A DNA stretch of 54,284 nucleotides from Anaerolineaceae bacterium (GCA_004294845.1 SHOH01000004.1:1-54284); one strand, 5' to 3'; shown: positions 18,951 through 28,813, counted from the stretch's first letter. Numbers and translations are program-made. The notes: generated from the sequence alone by a model not told the origin.

Positions 18951-19642
18951 TTAATATCAATCCCCCCAAACATTGTGGTGGAGTTAAGATATATTGTATA
19001 AGCATTTGGATCTGTAGTCTTAACAGTCTTATCACTTACTCCTCCAAACACCGGAACATTATTAACCTTTACAGATACTCCACTCGGAATATATATATCA
19101 ATACCTCCAAATACTGCAGTCGCTGCTATCTCTACATCTCTGTCAATAATTGCATCCCTAAGATCGAGGGACATTCCTCCAAATACTGCATTTAAGCTAG
19201 TTCCCAAAAACCTGTCTGTAACCCTAATCTTATTACCTGCAAATATAGCACTGTATTCTCTTCTAGTAGAGCTGTTAAAATTCTCCTGCCCATCTTCATA
19301 CACAGTATGATCCACCTTAAGAGGTTTGTTAAATGCTCCCTGAAAAACAATTCTTAAGCCTATAATTATAAGTATGACAGGTACAATCAGCTTCCACAAA
19401 TCAACATCAAAATCTACATATTGAGCGACTAAAAGCATTACACCAATTATCAATCCGGTCGTTGCCCCTACATTCAGACCTGTACGTATTATACTTACAA
19501 GACATGGGATAATGATGAACAGAGTCCACCATCCGGGGAAAAACAAACGGAAATTCCAATCAAACAGTACATTTCCAGCTACGCCCACACCAATCACAAT
19601 AAACACTAATCCCCATATCAAATTGGATATTTTATTCCTCAT
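18947..19642 (-). CDS. LiaF-like membrane protein (cell-envelope stress response, DUF2154-like C-terminus)
   Basis: Four TM helices (GWWTLFIIIP) and repeated A.FGG..(L/I)D motifs; RBS GGAGG before ATG 19642. Confidence 0.8.
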   Translation of the reverse strand: MRNKISNLIWGLVFIVIGVGVAGNVLFDWNFRLFFPGWWTLFIIIPCLVSIIRTGLNVGATTGLIIGVMLLVAQYVDFDVDLWKLIVPVILIIIGLRIVFQGAFNKPLKVDHTVYEDGQENFNSSTRREYSAIFAGNKIRVTDRFLGTSLNAVFGGMSLDLRDAIIDRDVEIAATAVFGGIDIYIPSGVSVKVNNVPVFGGVSDKTVKTTDPNAYTIYLNSTTMFGGIDIK

Positions 19643-19852
19643 ATTTATTACCTCCCACAAAATTACTATAAATTGGTTTTATGCAAATATCATAAACTAA
19701 TCAAGAATAATTTGCAACAGAAAACTCCATTATCTAATTTTTCTAATTAATTTTTAATCTTCACAAAACATCCCCTATACTAATATCCTACAGTACCCTT
19801 TTCTAATCTTTTTAATTAAAAGTTTATTGTGCATTGGTATAAATTATGACAG

Positions 19853-19923
19853 AAAAAAAGGCTATGCCCTGCCAAGCCCTGAAACCGTTTCACGGTTTCA
19901 ATCTCTTGGCAGGTTATAGCCTT
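19853..19923 (-). terminator. Long hairpin terminator after rplT
   Basis: aaggcta..cctgccaag..tgaaaccg/cggtttca..cttggcagg..tagcctt, with a T7 tail on the minus strand. Confidence 0.75.
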
Positions 19924-19940
19924 ATAATTGTATTAAAATA

Positions 19941-20297
19941 TTATGCAAGCTTTGCTTTGGCAACTTCAGTAAGCTCTTTAAAGCCCTCTGCATCGTTAAT
20001 TGCCATCTCTGAAAGCATCTTTCTGTTAATTTCAACATCTGCCAGCTTTAAGCCATACATCAATCTGCTGTAGGATAAACCGTTCATTCTGGCAGCTGCA
20101 TTAATTCTTATAATCCATAAGGATCTCATATCTCTCTTTCTTTGCTTTCTTCCGGAAAACGAAGAATTCAATGCTCTCATAACAGACTGCTTTGCTACTC
20201 TATATTGCTTTGATCTGGCGCCTCTATAGCCCTTTGCCAGCTTTAATACGCGATTATGTTTCTTTCTAGCGTTTAATCCGCCTTTAACTCTTGCCAT
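19941..20297 (-). CDS. rplT: 50S ribosomal protein L20
   Basis: MARVKGG...[12 protein letters not shown]...[18 protein letters not shown]. Confidence 0.99.
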   Translation of the reverse strand: MARVKGGLNARKKHNRVLKLAKGYRGARSKQYRVAKQSVMRALNSSFSGRKQRKRDMRSLWIIRINAAARMNGLSYSRLMYGLKLADVEINRKMLSEMAINDAEGFKELTEVAKAKLA

Positions 20298-20323
20298 TTT
20301 CTATTCCTCCTTATCACCAATAT

Positions 20324-20521
20324 CTATAGATATGGTAAGATTTTCTTCATGTTCTTTACATTGGTTGGATCGGTCATTGTTGCTTTTCTGAGATTTCTTT
20401 TTCTCTTAGCGGATTTTTTCGTTAAAATATGGCTCTTATAAGCCTTCATTCTCTTAAGTTTACCTGTTCCTGTCATTTTAAAACGCTTGGCAGCTGCTCT
20501 GCTTGTTTTTAGTTTTGGCAT
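20324..20521 (-). CDS. rpmI: 50S ribosomal protein L35
   Basis: [20 protein letters not shown]...[14 protein letters not shown]. Confidence 0.99.
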   Translation of the reverse strand: MPKLKTSRAAAKRFKMTGTGKLKRMKAYKSHILTKKSAKRKRNLRKATMTDPTNVKNMKKILPYL

Positions 20522-20597
20522 GATGTTTCCTCCTTATAATTAGTACAGCTTATTACTGAATAAACTACAGTTTTTCATATAAATGCTGTTTCCTATT

Positions 20598-21104
20598 TTA
20601 ACGTTTCTCTGTTAAGAACATAGACATATTTCGTCCTTCGAGCCTTGCGGGTCTTTCAATTACAGCGACATCCTCAAGCTTTGCATAGAAATTATCCAGA
20701 ATGACTCTTGAAGAAGATGTATGCGCCATTTCGCGTCCACGAAAACGCAAGGTTACCTTAACCTTATCACCCTTAACTAAAAACTTCCGGGCCATATTGG
20801 CTTTTGTATTTAAATCATTGTCATCAATATTAGGTGAGAAACGAATCTCTTTCACCTCAGTAACCTTTTGCTTCTTCTTAGCTTCTTTTTCTTTTCTTGT
20901 CAATTCATACTTGTACTTGCCGTAATCGATAATTTTACATACCGGTGGCTTCGCAGAAGGAGCTATCTTTACAAGATCTAAATTTGCTTCCTTTGCCAGC
21001 TTCATAGCTTCCTTTGCTGATACTATGCCAAGCTGTTCTCCTTCTTCACTAATAAGGCGGACTTCTTTATCCCTTATCTGTTCATTAATCATTAAATCGC
21101 TAAT
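20598..21104 (-). CDS. infC: Translation initiation factor IF-3 (AUU start)
   Basis: INEQIRDKEVRLI, PPVCKIIDYGKYKYE, FRGRE. An in-frame ATT at 21104 lies 7 nt after SD GGAGGTG (21118-21112). Confidence 0.97.
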   Translation of the reverse strand: MSDLMINEQIRDKEVRLISEEGEQLGIVSAKEAMKLAKEANLDLVKIAPSAKPPVCKIIDYGKYKYELTRKEKEAKKKQKVTEVKEIRFSPNIDDNDLNTKANMARKFLVKGDKVKVTLRFRGREMAHTSSSRVILDNFYAKLEDVAVIERPARLEGRNMSMFLTEKR

Positions 21105-21172
21105 AGTATTACACCTCCATAGGTTATATCACATTTACAGTTTCCGTTATCCATACTTTATTTATATATATA

Positions 21173-21223
21173 CAACGAGTGTCACGCTTCGCGGGCCACT
21201 CTTATGTTTGCAACGAGTGTCAC
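21173..21223. repeat. Small hairpin flanked by 13-bp direct repeats
   Basis: caacgagtgtcac at 21173-21185 and 21211-21223; hairpin gagtg..cgc-ttc-gcg..cactc. Confidence 0.75.
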
Positions 21224-21226
21224 AAT

Positions 21227-21405
21227 AAAAAAAGGTGGATAACATAGATTATCCACCCTATACATGTCAAGATTCCTATCGGAACAACATATAATATGCT
21301 TAAAAGCATTATATGCTTATAAGCATTATATGCTTATGCATATAATAACCCGGTCACTGTAAATTATATTTACGCTATGGGTGAGAGATGGATACTCTTC
21401 TTTTT
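21227..21405 (-). ncRNA. Ribosomal protein L20 leader (attenuator) of infC-rpmI-rplT
   Basis: AGAAGAGTATCCATCTCTCACC...GACCGGG...GGGTGGATAA, ending in the terminator GGTGGATAA/TTATCCACC-T7, upstream of infC as in other Firmicutes. Confidence 0.8.
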
Positions 21406-21431
21406 TCTATGAAATTTATCACAGCTTAAAT

Positions 21432-21460
21432 ATTATATCATGTTTCCCGTCATAAGTCAA
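21432..21460 (-). promoter_or_regulatory. sigmaA promoter of the infC operon
   Basis: TTGACT-17 bp-TATAAT with an extended -10 TG. Confidence 0.8.
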
Positions 21461-22077
21461 ATAATATTTTTTATGATATACTGATCGATTGGTTTGGCAA
21501 TAGCGGTTCCAATTATGCCTGCGGCAATCGCCTCCGCAATTGCATTAACACCTACCATGGCAATAATCAATGTGAATATATTGCTTGCATTCAAGAATGC
21601 AATCGCTTCCTGAAACATTGGTTCATTGTAGAAGAAAATCATCAATGAAGTCATAAACAATACGGTGTTTAACACTGAGCCTGCTATACTTGTGATCAAA
21701 TAGCTTACCCACTTAGTCTTATCTACCTTCTTCAAACCTTGAGAAATTAATCCAGTTAACCATCCCATTAATATCCTAGGAATCATAGTGGTAATAAAGG
21801 TTCCGACTGGATTGATGCTAAATAGCATAGTTCCAAAGGGTTCTAAGCCAAAGGCTTGTGCAAAGCTTGAAAGTCCAAATACTGCTCCAAGAATTGCACC
21901 TCCAACAGGTCCAAGGGTTATGGCACCTATGATTACCGGTATTCCAATCACCGTGATAGATAATCCATACGGTAGCTTGATAAACCCGATAGGGGTAAAT
22001 GCCAACAGCAGGATAATTGCTGTAAAGAGTGCTAATTGCACCATCTTTAGTGTACGTACATTAGATATTGTTCTCAT
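21457..22077 (-). CDS. ECF transporter S component (PanT-like, probably pantothenate)
   Basis: Six-TM S-component pattern: A..TAII.LL.FTP.GFI.LP, IPVIIGAI.LGP..GA.LG..FGL.SF, PRIL.G, GS.LNT.LF, N...E. Confidence 0.8.
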   Translation of the reverse strand: MRTISNVRTLKMVQLALFTAIILLLAFTPIGFIKLPYGLSITVIGIPVIIGAITLGPVGGAILGAVFGLSSFAQAFGLEPFGTMLFSINPVGTFITTMIPRILMGWLTGLISQGLKKVDKTKWVSYLITSIAGSVLNTVLFMTSLMIFFYNEPMFQEAIAFLNASNIFTLIIAMVGVNAIAEAIAAGIIGTAIAKPIDQYIIKNII

Positions 22078-22081
22078 AATA

Positions 22082-22237
22082 TCCTCCTTTCATGCTGACT
22101 GTTACTTTACAAGATAACAGTATAAAAAATGTGCTTATAGGTAGGATTTACTTAAATACACCTTATTATAGTCGATTAAGTAAATTCTCTCCGGTTTACT
22201 TTCCGTCCCATTATGGGTACGTCAGCATCACCGAGTA
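22082..22237 (-). promoter_or_regulatory. Candidate structured cis-regulatory 5' leader of the ECF S gene
   Basis: Promoter TTGCAT-16-TATAAT (22271-22244); nested stems, and an 8-bp long-range pairing ATGCTGAC/GTCAGCAT ending next to the SD. Confidence 0.5.
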
Positions 22238-22284
22238 TTTATAATTATAAACTATTATTCTCACAATGCAAGAAAAATTTCCAA

Positions 22285-22480
22285 CATGAAGCTGATTCAT
22301 AATATAAATAGGCCATATCTGTGTTCCCAAAGTACGCATTTAGGAGAACTGACATCATAATATGTATAGGTCGTTACGGACTTCTAGTCCGTATAAGACA
22401 TACATATTATGGTGTCTGTACTACTAATCAGCGTATGCGGGAACATAGATATGAGCCTATAATTATGAGTCAGCTTAATG
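22285..22480 (+). other. 196-nt imperfect palindrome (rod-like ncRNA or MITE-like element)
   Basis: End-to-end self-complementarity centred on tacggact-tct-agtccgta; several mismatches are G:T wobbles on the + strand. Confidence 0.8.
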
Positions 22481-22482
22481 CT

Positions 22483-23271
22483 TTAAATTTTATGAATAAA
22501 ATTTGTACTTTTATAAAATAGATAAATTGCTCCGAATAAAAGTCCGCCTCCTGCTACAATTGCCAACCATATAGGTATATACTGTCCCAGATGTAGCCAT
22601 TGCAGTAAGAACCCTAATCCATTTATAAATACATGAACAATTATAGGTGCAATCAAGGTTCTGGTTCTTTCATAGACATATCCCAAGAGAAGTCCCAATC
22701 CAAATGCATATAGACCTTGAACGATATCCCAATGATATATGCCAAATACAGCAGCTTGTAGAATATTTGCCAGGATAAATGAAATCCCTTGTCGCAATCT
22801 GTTAAACATAATTCCTCGAAGCATTAATTCCTCTATTATAGGAGCCAGTATTATTACATACACAGCAACTATTATAGTATCAGCAACGAATAGGGAGCTG
22901 ATGGTTTCATCGTAATAAGAGAATAAAGTTTGAAATAAGGGTCTCAAAAGGGATAGAATTCCCGACACAAAGAGCTGGCAGCCAATACCCATCATGAGAT
23001 AAATGCCCATGTTCTTTAATGTAACAATATCTTTTATCTCAACCTGCTCTATATCACCCTTTACTGCATATCTTCTATACCATAAATAAAAGAGTATTAT
23101 AGCTACCATTACAGCCATTACCATAAGGCAATAATCTATCTGAGGATTAACGTCCTCTATCCCGGTAATTAAAATAAATATGCTAGTAGCTATGGTATAA
23201 ATAAATGACACAATAATAAATGCTACAAATGCCATCAAAAGTCCCTGTGCTATTATTAATGCTCGTTTCAT
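22483..23271 (-). CDS. CPBP (Abi/CAAX) family intramembrane metalloprotease
   Basis: APIIEELMLRG, FGIYH, H..IN. Confidence 0.9.
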   Translation of the reverse strand: MKRALIIAQGLLMAFVAFIIVSFIYTIATSIFILITGIEDVNPQIDYCLMVMAVMVAIILFYLWYRRYAVKGDIEQVEIKDIVTLKNMGIYLMMGIGCQLFVSGILSLLRPLFQTLFSYYDETISSLFVADTIIVAVYVIILAPIIEELMLRGIMFNRLRQGISFILANILQAAVFGIYHWDIVQGLYAFGLGLLLGYVYERTRTLIAPIIVHVFINGLGFLLQWLHLGQYIPIWLAIVAGGGLLFGAIYLFYKSTNFIHKI

Positions 23272-23301
23272 TATGAACCCTCGTTTCTAATCTCTCTCAT
23301 A

Positions 23302-25740
23302 CTAACCTAATTGAACCTCGACTATATGAAGCCTTCCGTCACCGTATACCGGCAAGATATTGCCTGATATCTGCTTACCGTCCACAGTAATCTTGGCAAC
23401 ACCAGAGGATACATGGTTCGGATTCTTAACGGTTATTTGGTAAATATCTGAACGGTACTGTCTTGTTATGGTGTAGCCATCCCATTCCATGGGAATTGAA
23501 GGATCAACCATCAATCCGTCAAAATCAGGCTTGATTCCCAGAATATACTGGGATATGGCTACAAAGTTCCAAGAAGCTGTTCCTGTAAGCCAAGAGTTCT
23601 TTGCTTCTCCGAATCGCCTTGCATCCTTACCGGCTATCATCTGTGAATATACATATGGCTCCAGTCTGTAGATATCCGAGTATTCTTCGGTATATGCGGG
23701 AGCAATTCTTGTATAATAGTCAAAGGCCTTATTTCCTCTTCCCACAATTGCCTCCGCAGCCATAATCCATGCGTTGTTATGACAGAAGATTCCCGCATTT
23801 TCCTTATAGCCTGCCGGATAGGTTGAGATTTCACCATACTCGATATAATATTTTGTAAAAGCAGGATTAAGCAGCACCAGTCCGTATTTTGTTCCTAAGC
23901 GCTCCTCCACTGCATCAAGAGCTTGTATTGCCTTACCGTCATCTAGTCCACAATGTCCCATAATACATAGACCTTGGGATTCTATGAATATTTTGCCTTC
24001 CTCATTCTCCTCGCTTCCAATCTTTCTACCAAAGTCATCATAAGCCCTAACAAACCAAGAGCCATCCCAGCCATGCTCCATAATGACTTTGCGCATTTTA
24101 CCTGTTTCATCATATGCTCGGTCAGCTTCCTTTTTGTTACCCACCTTTTCCATAAGTCTTGCATATTCCTCACCGATATAACAGAACATTCCCGCTATCA
24201 TGACGGATTCTGCTACTCTGCCATCCTTACTTGTAGTGGTTTGGAAGGATTCTCCCGGCTCAGAAGAAAAGCAATTTAGGTTCAAGCAGTCATTCCAGTC
24301 TGCCCTACCTATCAAAGGAAGTCCGTGAGGTCCCAGATTATTTAACACATGGTCAAATGCTCTCTTTAAATGATCTGATAAAGGTGTGCTCTTTGATTCA
24401 TCATTATCAAAAGGTGTCATTACATCCAGAATTGTATAATCACCGGTTTCCTTTATATATGAAATGGTAGCTAATATTAACCATAGAGGATCATCATTAA
24501 AGTTTCCTCCGATTTCATCATTACCCTTTTTAGTAAGTGGCTGATACTGATGGTAAGCTCCGCCATCCTCCAGCTGAGTGGAAGCAAGATCAATAATTCT
24601 TTCCCTGGCGCGATCAGGTATCTGATGAACAAATCCCAGAATATCCTGATTGGAATCTCTAAATCCCATACCTCTTCCGATACCGGATTCAAAGTATGAC
24701 GCACTTCTTGATAAGTTAAATGTAACCATACATTGATACTGATTCCATATATTAACCATACGATTAAGCTTATCGTCATGGGAATCTATGTTGTATTTTG
24801 ACAATAACTGATCCCAATAATCAGCCAGCTCATCAAATGCCTTATCAACGGCTTCTACTGTTGAATAAGCTTCAATTATCGCCTCTGCTGATTTCTTATT
24901 AATAACATTATATTTTTCCCATTTGTCTGCCGGATCATTTTCTATATAACCAAGTATAAATATTAATTCCTTTGTTTCACCGGGCTCAAGTTTTACTTCC
25001 ACACAATGAGATGCAATTGGATGCCATCCGTCTGCAACAGAATTAGTAGGTTGTCCTGCCATAACGGCATCGGGATTATGGAAGCCGTTATAGGTTCCCA
25101 TAAAGCTTTCTCTATCGGAGTCAAAGCCGCATATAGGTGAGTTAACTGAGAAGAAAGCATAGTGATTCCTTCTCTCTTTATACTCTGTCTTATGATAAAT
25201 AACTGAACCCTTAACCTCAACTTCTCCGGTGCTATAATTTCTTTGGAAATTAGTCATATCATCCAAAGCATTCCATAAGCACCATTCAACAAAGGAAAAT
25301 AGTTTTATTTCTTTTATTATATTTGATGTGTTCTTTACTTCTACCTTATGTATCTCTGCATTGATACCGGGCGGTACAAAATAAGTTATACTTGTATTTA
25401 TTCCTCCTCGCTCCCCAGAAATTTTAGTATAACCCATACCATGTCTGCATTCATAATGCTCAAGATCTCTCTTTACCGGTGCCCATCCCGGTGACCAGAC
25501 ATCGCCTCCATCATTAATATAATAATATTTCCCGCCCCCCAAATCCAAAGGAACATTATTATAACGATAACGTGTAATTCTCCTTAGTCTCGCATCCTTA
25601 TAAAAGCTGTAGCCCCCGGCTGTATTGGATATCAATGAAAAATAATCCTCTGAGCCCAAGTAGTTAATCCAAGGATATGGTGTCTGCGGTCTTGTTATAA
25701 CATACTCCCTATTTACATCATCAAAAAAACCGTATTTCAT
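23302..25740 (-). CDS. cbpA: Cellobiose phosphorylase (GH94)
   Basis: [83 protein letters not shown]; ~812 aa. Confidence 0.93.
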   Translation of the reverse strand: MKYGFFDDVNREYVITRPQTPYPWINYLGSEDYFSLISNTAGGYSFYKDARLRRITRYRYNNVPLDLGGGKYYYINDGGDVWSPGWAPVKRDLEHYECRHGMGYTKISGERGGINTSITYFVPPGINAEIHKVEVKNTSNIIKEIKLFSFVEWCLWNALDDMTNFQRNYSTGEVEVKGSVIYHKTEYKERRNHYAFFSVNSPICGFDSDRESFMGTYNGFHNPDAVMAGQPTNSVADGWHPIASHCVEVKLEPGETKELIFILGYIENDPADKWEKYNVINKKSAEAIIEAYSTVEAVDKAFDELADYWDQLLSKYNIDSHDDKLNRMVNIWNQYQCMVTFNLSRSASYFESGIGRGMGFRDSNQDILGFVHQIPDRARERIIDLASTQLEDGGAYHQYQPLTKKGNDEIGGNFNDDPLWLILATISYIKETGDYTILDVMTPFDNDESKSTPLSDHLKRAFDHVLNNLGPHGLPLIGRADWNDCLNLNCFSSEPGESFQTTTSKDGRVAESVMIAGMFCYIGEEYARLMEKVGNKKEADRAYDETGKMRKVIMEHGWDGSWFVRAYDDFGRKIGSEENEEGKIFIESQGLCIMGHCGLDDGKAIQALDAVEERLGTKYGLVLLNPAFTKYYIEYGEISTYPAGYKENAGIFCHNNAWIMAAEAIVGRGNKAFDYYTRIAPAYTEEYSDIYRLEPYVYSQMIAGKDARRFGEAKNSWLTGTASWNFVAISQYILGIKPDFDGLMVDPSIPMEWDGYTITRQYRSDIYQITVKNPNHVSSGVAKITVDGKQISGNILPVYGDGRLHIVEVQLG

Positions 25741-25743
25741 TCC

Positions 25744-25848
25744 AAACCTCCTCATTAATTAAATATTTTTGATTTCTTATAACGGAGGTTTTACCTCCCT
25801 CATTAAATTGTTTTTTTCTCATAACTAATAGCGGAGGTTTTATCCTCC
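25744..25848 (-). promoter_or_regulatory. Leader with two GGAGG/CCTCC hairpins upstream of the cbpA SD
   Basis: mRNA sense: GGAGG-ATAAAA-CCTCC, GGAGG-TAAAA-CCTCC, then GAGGAGGTTT before the ATG. Confidence 0.5.
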
Positions 25849-26003
25849 TTATTTGTTACTTATACTCTCCAGTATTCCTATTATATTATACATGTTTTTG
25901 TATTTCAACTTATTCCTGACGACTATGGTATTATAGTATTTCTGACGCCTCTGGCATAATAGCTGGTAATCTTCTAGTAAATAGTGGATTATAAAGCTTT
26001 TAA

Positions 26004-26032
26004 TTGACAAATATAATTTATTTAACTATACT
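26004..26032 (+). promoter_or_regulatory. sigmaA promoter
   Basis: TTGACA-17 bp-TATACT. Confidence 0.75.
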
Positions 26033-26088
26033 CTGAATAGCATGATATTAAGAAATTATGCTCCAAAATGAACAAGGGGGGTTATATC

Positions 26089-27885
26089 ATGAGTGATATA
26101 AACGAAAATTCAGGCACACCTGAACAAAACCAAGAGCACGCATATGATAACGCATCGAATCAAAACACTAATCAGTACAGCGGGTCTGAGGGTGGCTCTA
26201 CCTACTGGGAGTCTAATGAGATGCAAAATTCATTTGAAGTAAATGCCCAGCAGCCCAATAACAATAATTCTGAATATTATCAGAATTTACAGGACTCAAA
26301 CTATAATGACTACAATAACAACCAGTACGAATTACAGCAAAAGAAAAAATCAAAAAAGAAACCTATAATAGCCACTGTCATTATAGTGATCCTTTTAATG
26401 GCTACTGCAGCTACCGCATATGCCTTTAGTGATACGGTAAGGAATTCAATAGACTTATTATTAAAAAGTCCAAGAGATTATTATGCTCATATAGAGAATA
26501 AGTCCGTAGGAAGCTCTGTTGATAAATCAATAACTTACAGTAAGATGAATAAAAAGGATGGACATTCGACAATGGATGTCTCTGCAACCCTATCATATGA
26601 TAAGGACACCGTAGGCGCAATGCTACAAAGCTTTCTTGGTATGACTATCAGTGATATTGAAGCTTTAATAGGAATACCTCTTAATTCCATAGGCTTTGAC
26701 GGGATTTTAGCTACAGACGAGAATGGGATGTATCAGAACTTAAAACTGAATCTGAATGCTGTAGATATTATATCACTTGATCTTTTCCTTGATTATACCG
26801 GAAATGAAATGCTGCTTCATTTTCCCGAATTAAGTCCTGCTTACCTAAAACAATCCCTGGATATAGGTGATGAATATGCTAGCGAAGATTTTAATTTTGA
26901 TGAGTTTTCTGAGGTCTTTAAGAAATATACTGCTGACAGCACAGGAGATTTTATTAAGCGCTATGTAAAGCTTATTACAGATGAAGTAGAGGATGTTAAG
27001 CTTACAAAGAAGGAAAAGCTTGTCGTAGGTGATTTGACCGTAGAATCCAATCTCCTTACGGTATACTTCTATCCTGAAACTCTCAAAAATATAACAACAA
27101 GAGTTCTTGAAGAGGCGAAGAATGATGAACTCATTCTAGATTTATTGCCATCGTTTGATATAACTAAAGAAGAGTTTATTAGTAAAGTTGACGATGCTAT
27201 TAATAATGCAAAAGAGACCTTTGATAACCTTCCACAGGATGACGAGATTATTATTATGAAGGTGTATGTCGGAAAAGACGGTAGCATCCTAGGTCGTACA
27301 ATGGAGTTCATTAATAGCTTAGAGGATACTCGTACTTTAGGACTCTCATATATTGAAGATAATAACAAAGGAGCCTATGAGCTCTATCTTGATAATAATG
27401 ATGGAGAAAGTATCTTCAATGTAGCAGGAAGCCATACAATAGAGAATAAAGCTTATACAGGTTCAGCCTCCTTTGAGATGGTTTCAGAAGAAACAGGTTC
27501 TGTAGAATTTGAAATTGAATATGAAGATATAAAGACCGAGATTAAGAACAAGAACATGTATATCTATGGGAATATCGGTCTTTCCTCCTATGACATGATG
27601 GGAATGGAAGTAGTATTAGAGTTTGATGTTAAGGATGATGCACAGTTAATGGCTATAAAGTTGAATTTGGGTAAATCATCCCTTGTAACTCTTGAAACAT
27701 CATCAAAATATCTTGAAGATTTCACGATTCCAAAGCCTGATGAAAATGCACAAATCTTTGATGCTTCTACCGATAGCGACGGATATGCTTCAACAATTAA
27801 TATTCAAGAATTTATATCCTCTCTATCCGATAGACTGGGTGTCGATCTGGAAGGTTTATTGGGAAGCTTTCTACCTATATTTTAA
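26089..27885 (+). CDS. Hypothetical membrane-anchored protein
   Basis: Asn/Gln-rich N-terminus, polybasic KKKKSKKK followed by a single TM, large acidic domain; family not recognised. Confidence 0.85.
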   Translation: MSDINENSGTPEQNQEHAYDNASNQNTNQYSGSEGGSTYWESNEMQNSFEVNAQQPNNNNSEYYQNLQDSNYNDYNNNQYELQQKKKSKKKPIIATVIIVILLMATAATAYAFSDTVRNSIDLLLKSPRDYYAHIENKSVGSSVDKSITYSKMNKKDGHSTMDVSATLSYDKDTVGAMLQSFLGMTISDIEALIGIPLNSIGFDGILATDENGMYQNLKLNLNAVDIISLDLFLDYTGNEMLLHFPELSPAYLKQSLDIGDEYASEDFNFDEFSEVFKKYTADSTGDFIKRYVKLITDEVEDVKLTKKEKLVVGDLTVESNLLTVYFYPETLKNITTRVLEEAKNDELILDLLPSFDITKEEFISKVDDAINNAKETFDNLPQDDEIIIMKVYVGKDGSILGRTMEFINSLEDTRTLGLSYIEDNNKGAYELYLDNNDGESIFNVAGSHTIENKAYTGSASFEMVSEETGSVEFEIEYEDIKTEIKNKNMYIYGNIGLSSYDMMGMEVVLEFDVKDDAQLMAIKLNLGKSSLVTLETSSKYLEDFTIPKPDENAQIFDASTDSDGYASTINIQEFISSLSDRLGVDLEGLLGSFLPIF

Positions 27886-27928
27886 ATTAATATTATAACC
27901 AATATATATAGGCTGCCTAAAATATATA

Positions 27929-27970
27929 AGAGGGTGCATTGGTTTAACCAAGATGCACCCTCTTTTTTTT
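27929..27970 (+). terminator. Intrinsic terminator
   Basis: agagggtgcat/atgcaccctct stem followed by a T-run. Confidence 0.85.
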
Positions 27971-28094
27971 ATATAATTTTAATAAGTATTTTCTTTTTTT
28001 CTTTTATTGTATATGTTACACTATACAATAGTCACGGAGTTCATTAATCTATGATATACTGCATATTATTAATACTTGTGATTTGGAGGAAGAT

Positions 28095-28805
28095 ATGTCT
28101 AAAAAAACACGACTTGGAGAAGATGCGGCAATATATCAGAAGCATGAAAAGCAATCAGAGAAAGAAAAGCTTAGAGATATGCCTTGGAAGAAGAAGATGT
28201 CATATCTCTGGGAATATTATAGATTGCATGCTCTTTTATTTATAGCAGCGGCTGCCTTTATCTCATATTCTATATATACATTCACAAAACCTAAGATTGC
28301 AACCAGGCTGCATGCTGTCATCATAAATAATACCGTTGAACCGCAGATATGGGATGATTACTCAGAGAAAATAACTGACTATCTGGAGCTTGATACTCTG
28401 GCTGAAGATGTACGCCTAAATTATAGTTTCTATTATAATGGCGCCGCTGACTATGAAGCAAATATGCGTCAGGCTTTCGGTGTGTATTTAGCAGCTTCTG
28501 AGATCGATGTTGTTATTGCTCCTATGTCGGAATTTTCTCTATATGTTAAAAATGGCTTCTTTACTCCTTTATCCGACCAGCTTCCAACTGATTTGTATTC
28601 CTCTCTGACCGATAAGTTTTATCTGACCGATACAGAGGATAATCCTAAGGTCGCTGCCTATGGTATATATATGAAGGATACTAAGATTTATCGTGATCAC
28701 TCTATCTCTACTGAGGATGACCCTGTTCTTATAGGAATTATAGCCAACTCTACTAACAAAGAAAATTCAGTAGATTTCATCCGATATCTCTTTAATGAAA
28801 AATAG
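28095..28805 (+). CDS. Conserved hypothetical membrane protein
   Basis: EKEKL..M....K.SY.WEYY..H then a TM helix and a soluble domain; RBS GGAGG before ATG 28095. Confidence 0.8.
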   Translation: MSKKTRLGEDAAIYQKHEKQSEKEKLRDMPWKKKMSYLWEYYRLHALLFIAAAAFISYSIYTFTKPKIATRLHAVIINNTVEPQIWDDYSEKITDYLELDTLAEDVRLNYSFYYNGAADYEANMRQAFGVYLAASEIDVVIAPMSEFSLYVKNGFFTPLSDQLPTDLYSSLTDKFYLTDTEDNPKVAAYGIYMKDTKIYRDHSISTEDDPVLIGIIANSTNKENSVDFIRYLFNEK

Positions 28806-28813
28806 AGAACACA

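Noticed and set aside
22321-22521. 66-aa + strand ORF
   Set aside because: It lies within the 196-nt palindrome, has no RBS and overlaps the end of the CPBP gene; the structure explains the region better.
15530-23271. CPBP/'Abi' proteases as a phage-defence or bacteriocin-immunity system
   Set aside because: The two genes are separate, sit in housekeeping context and have no adjacent bacteriocin or defence genes; the Abi name is historical.
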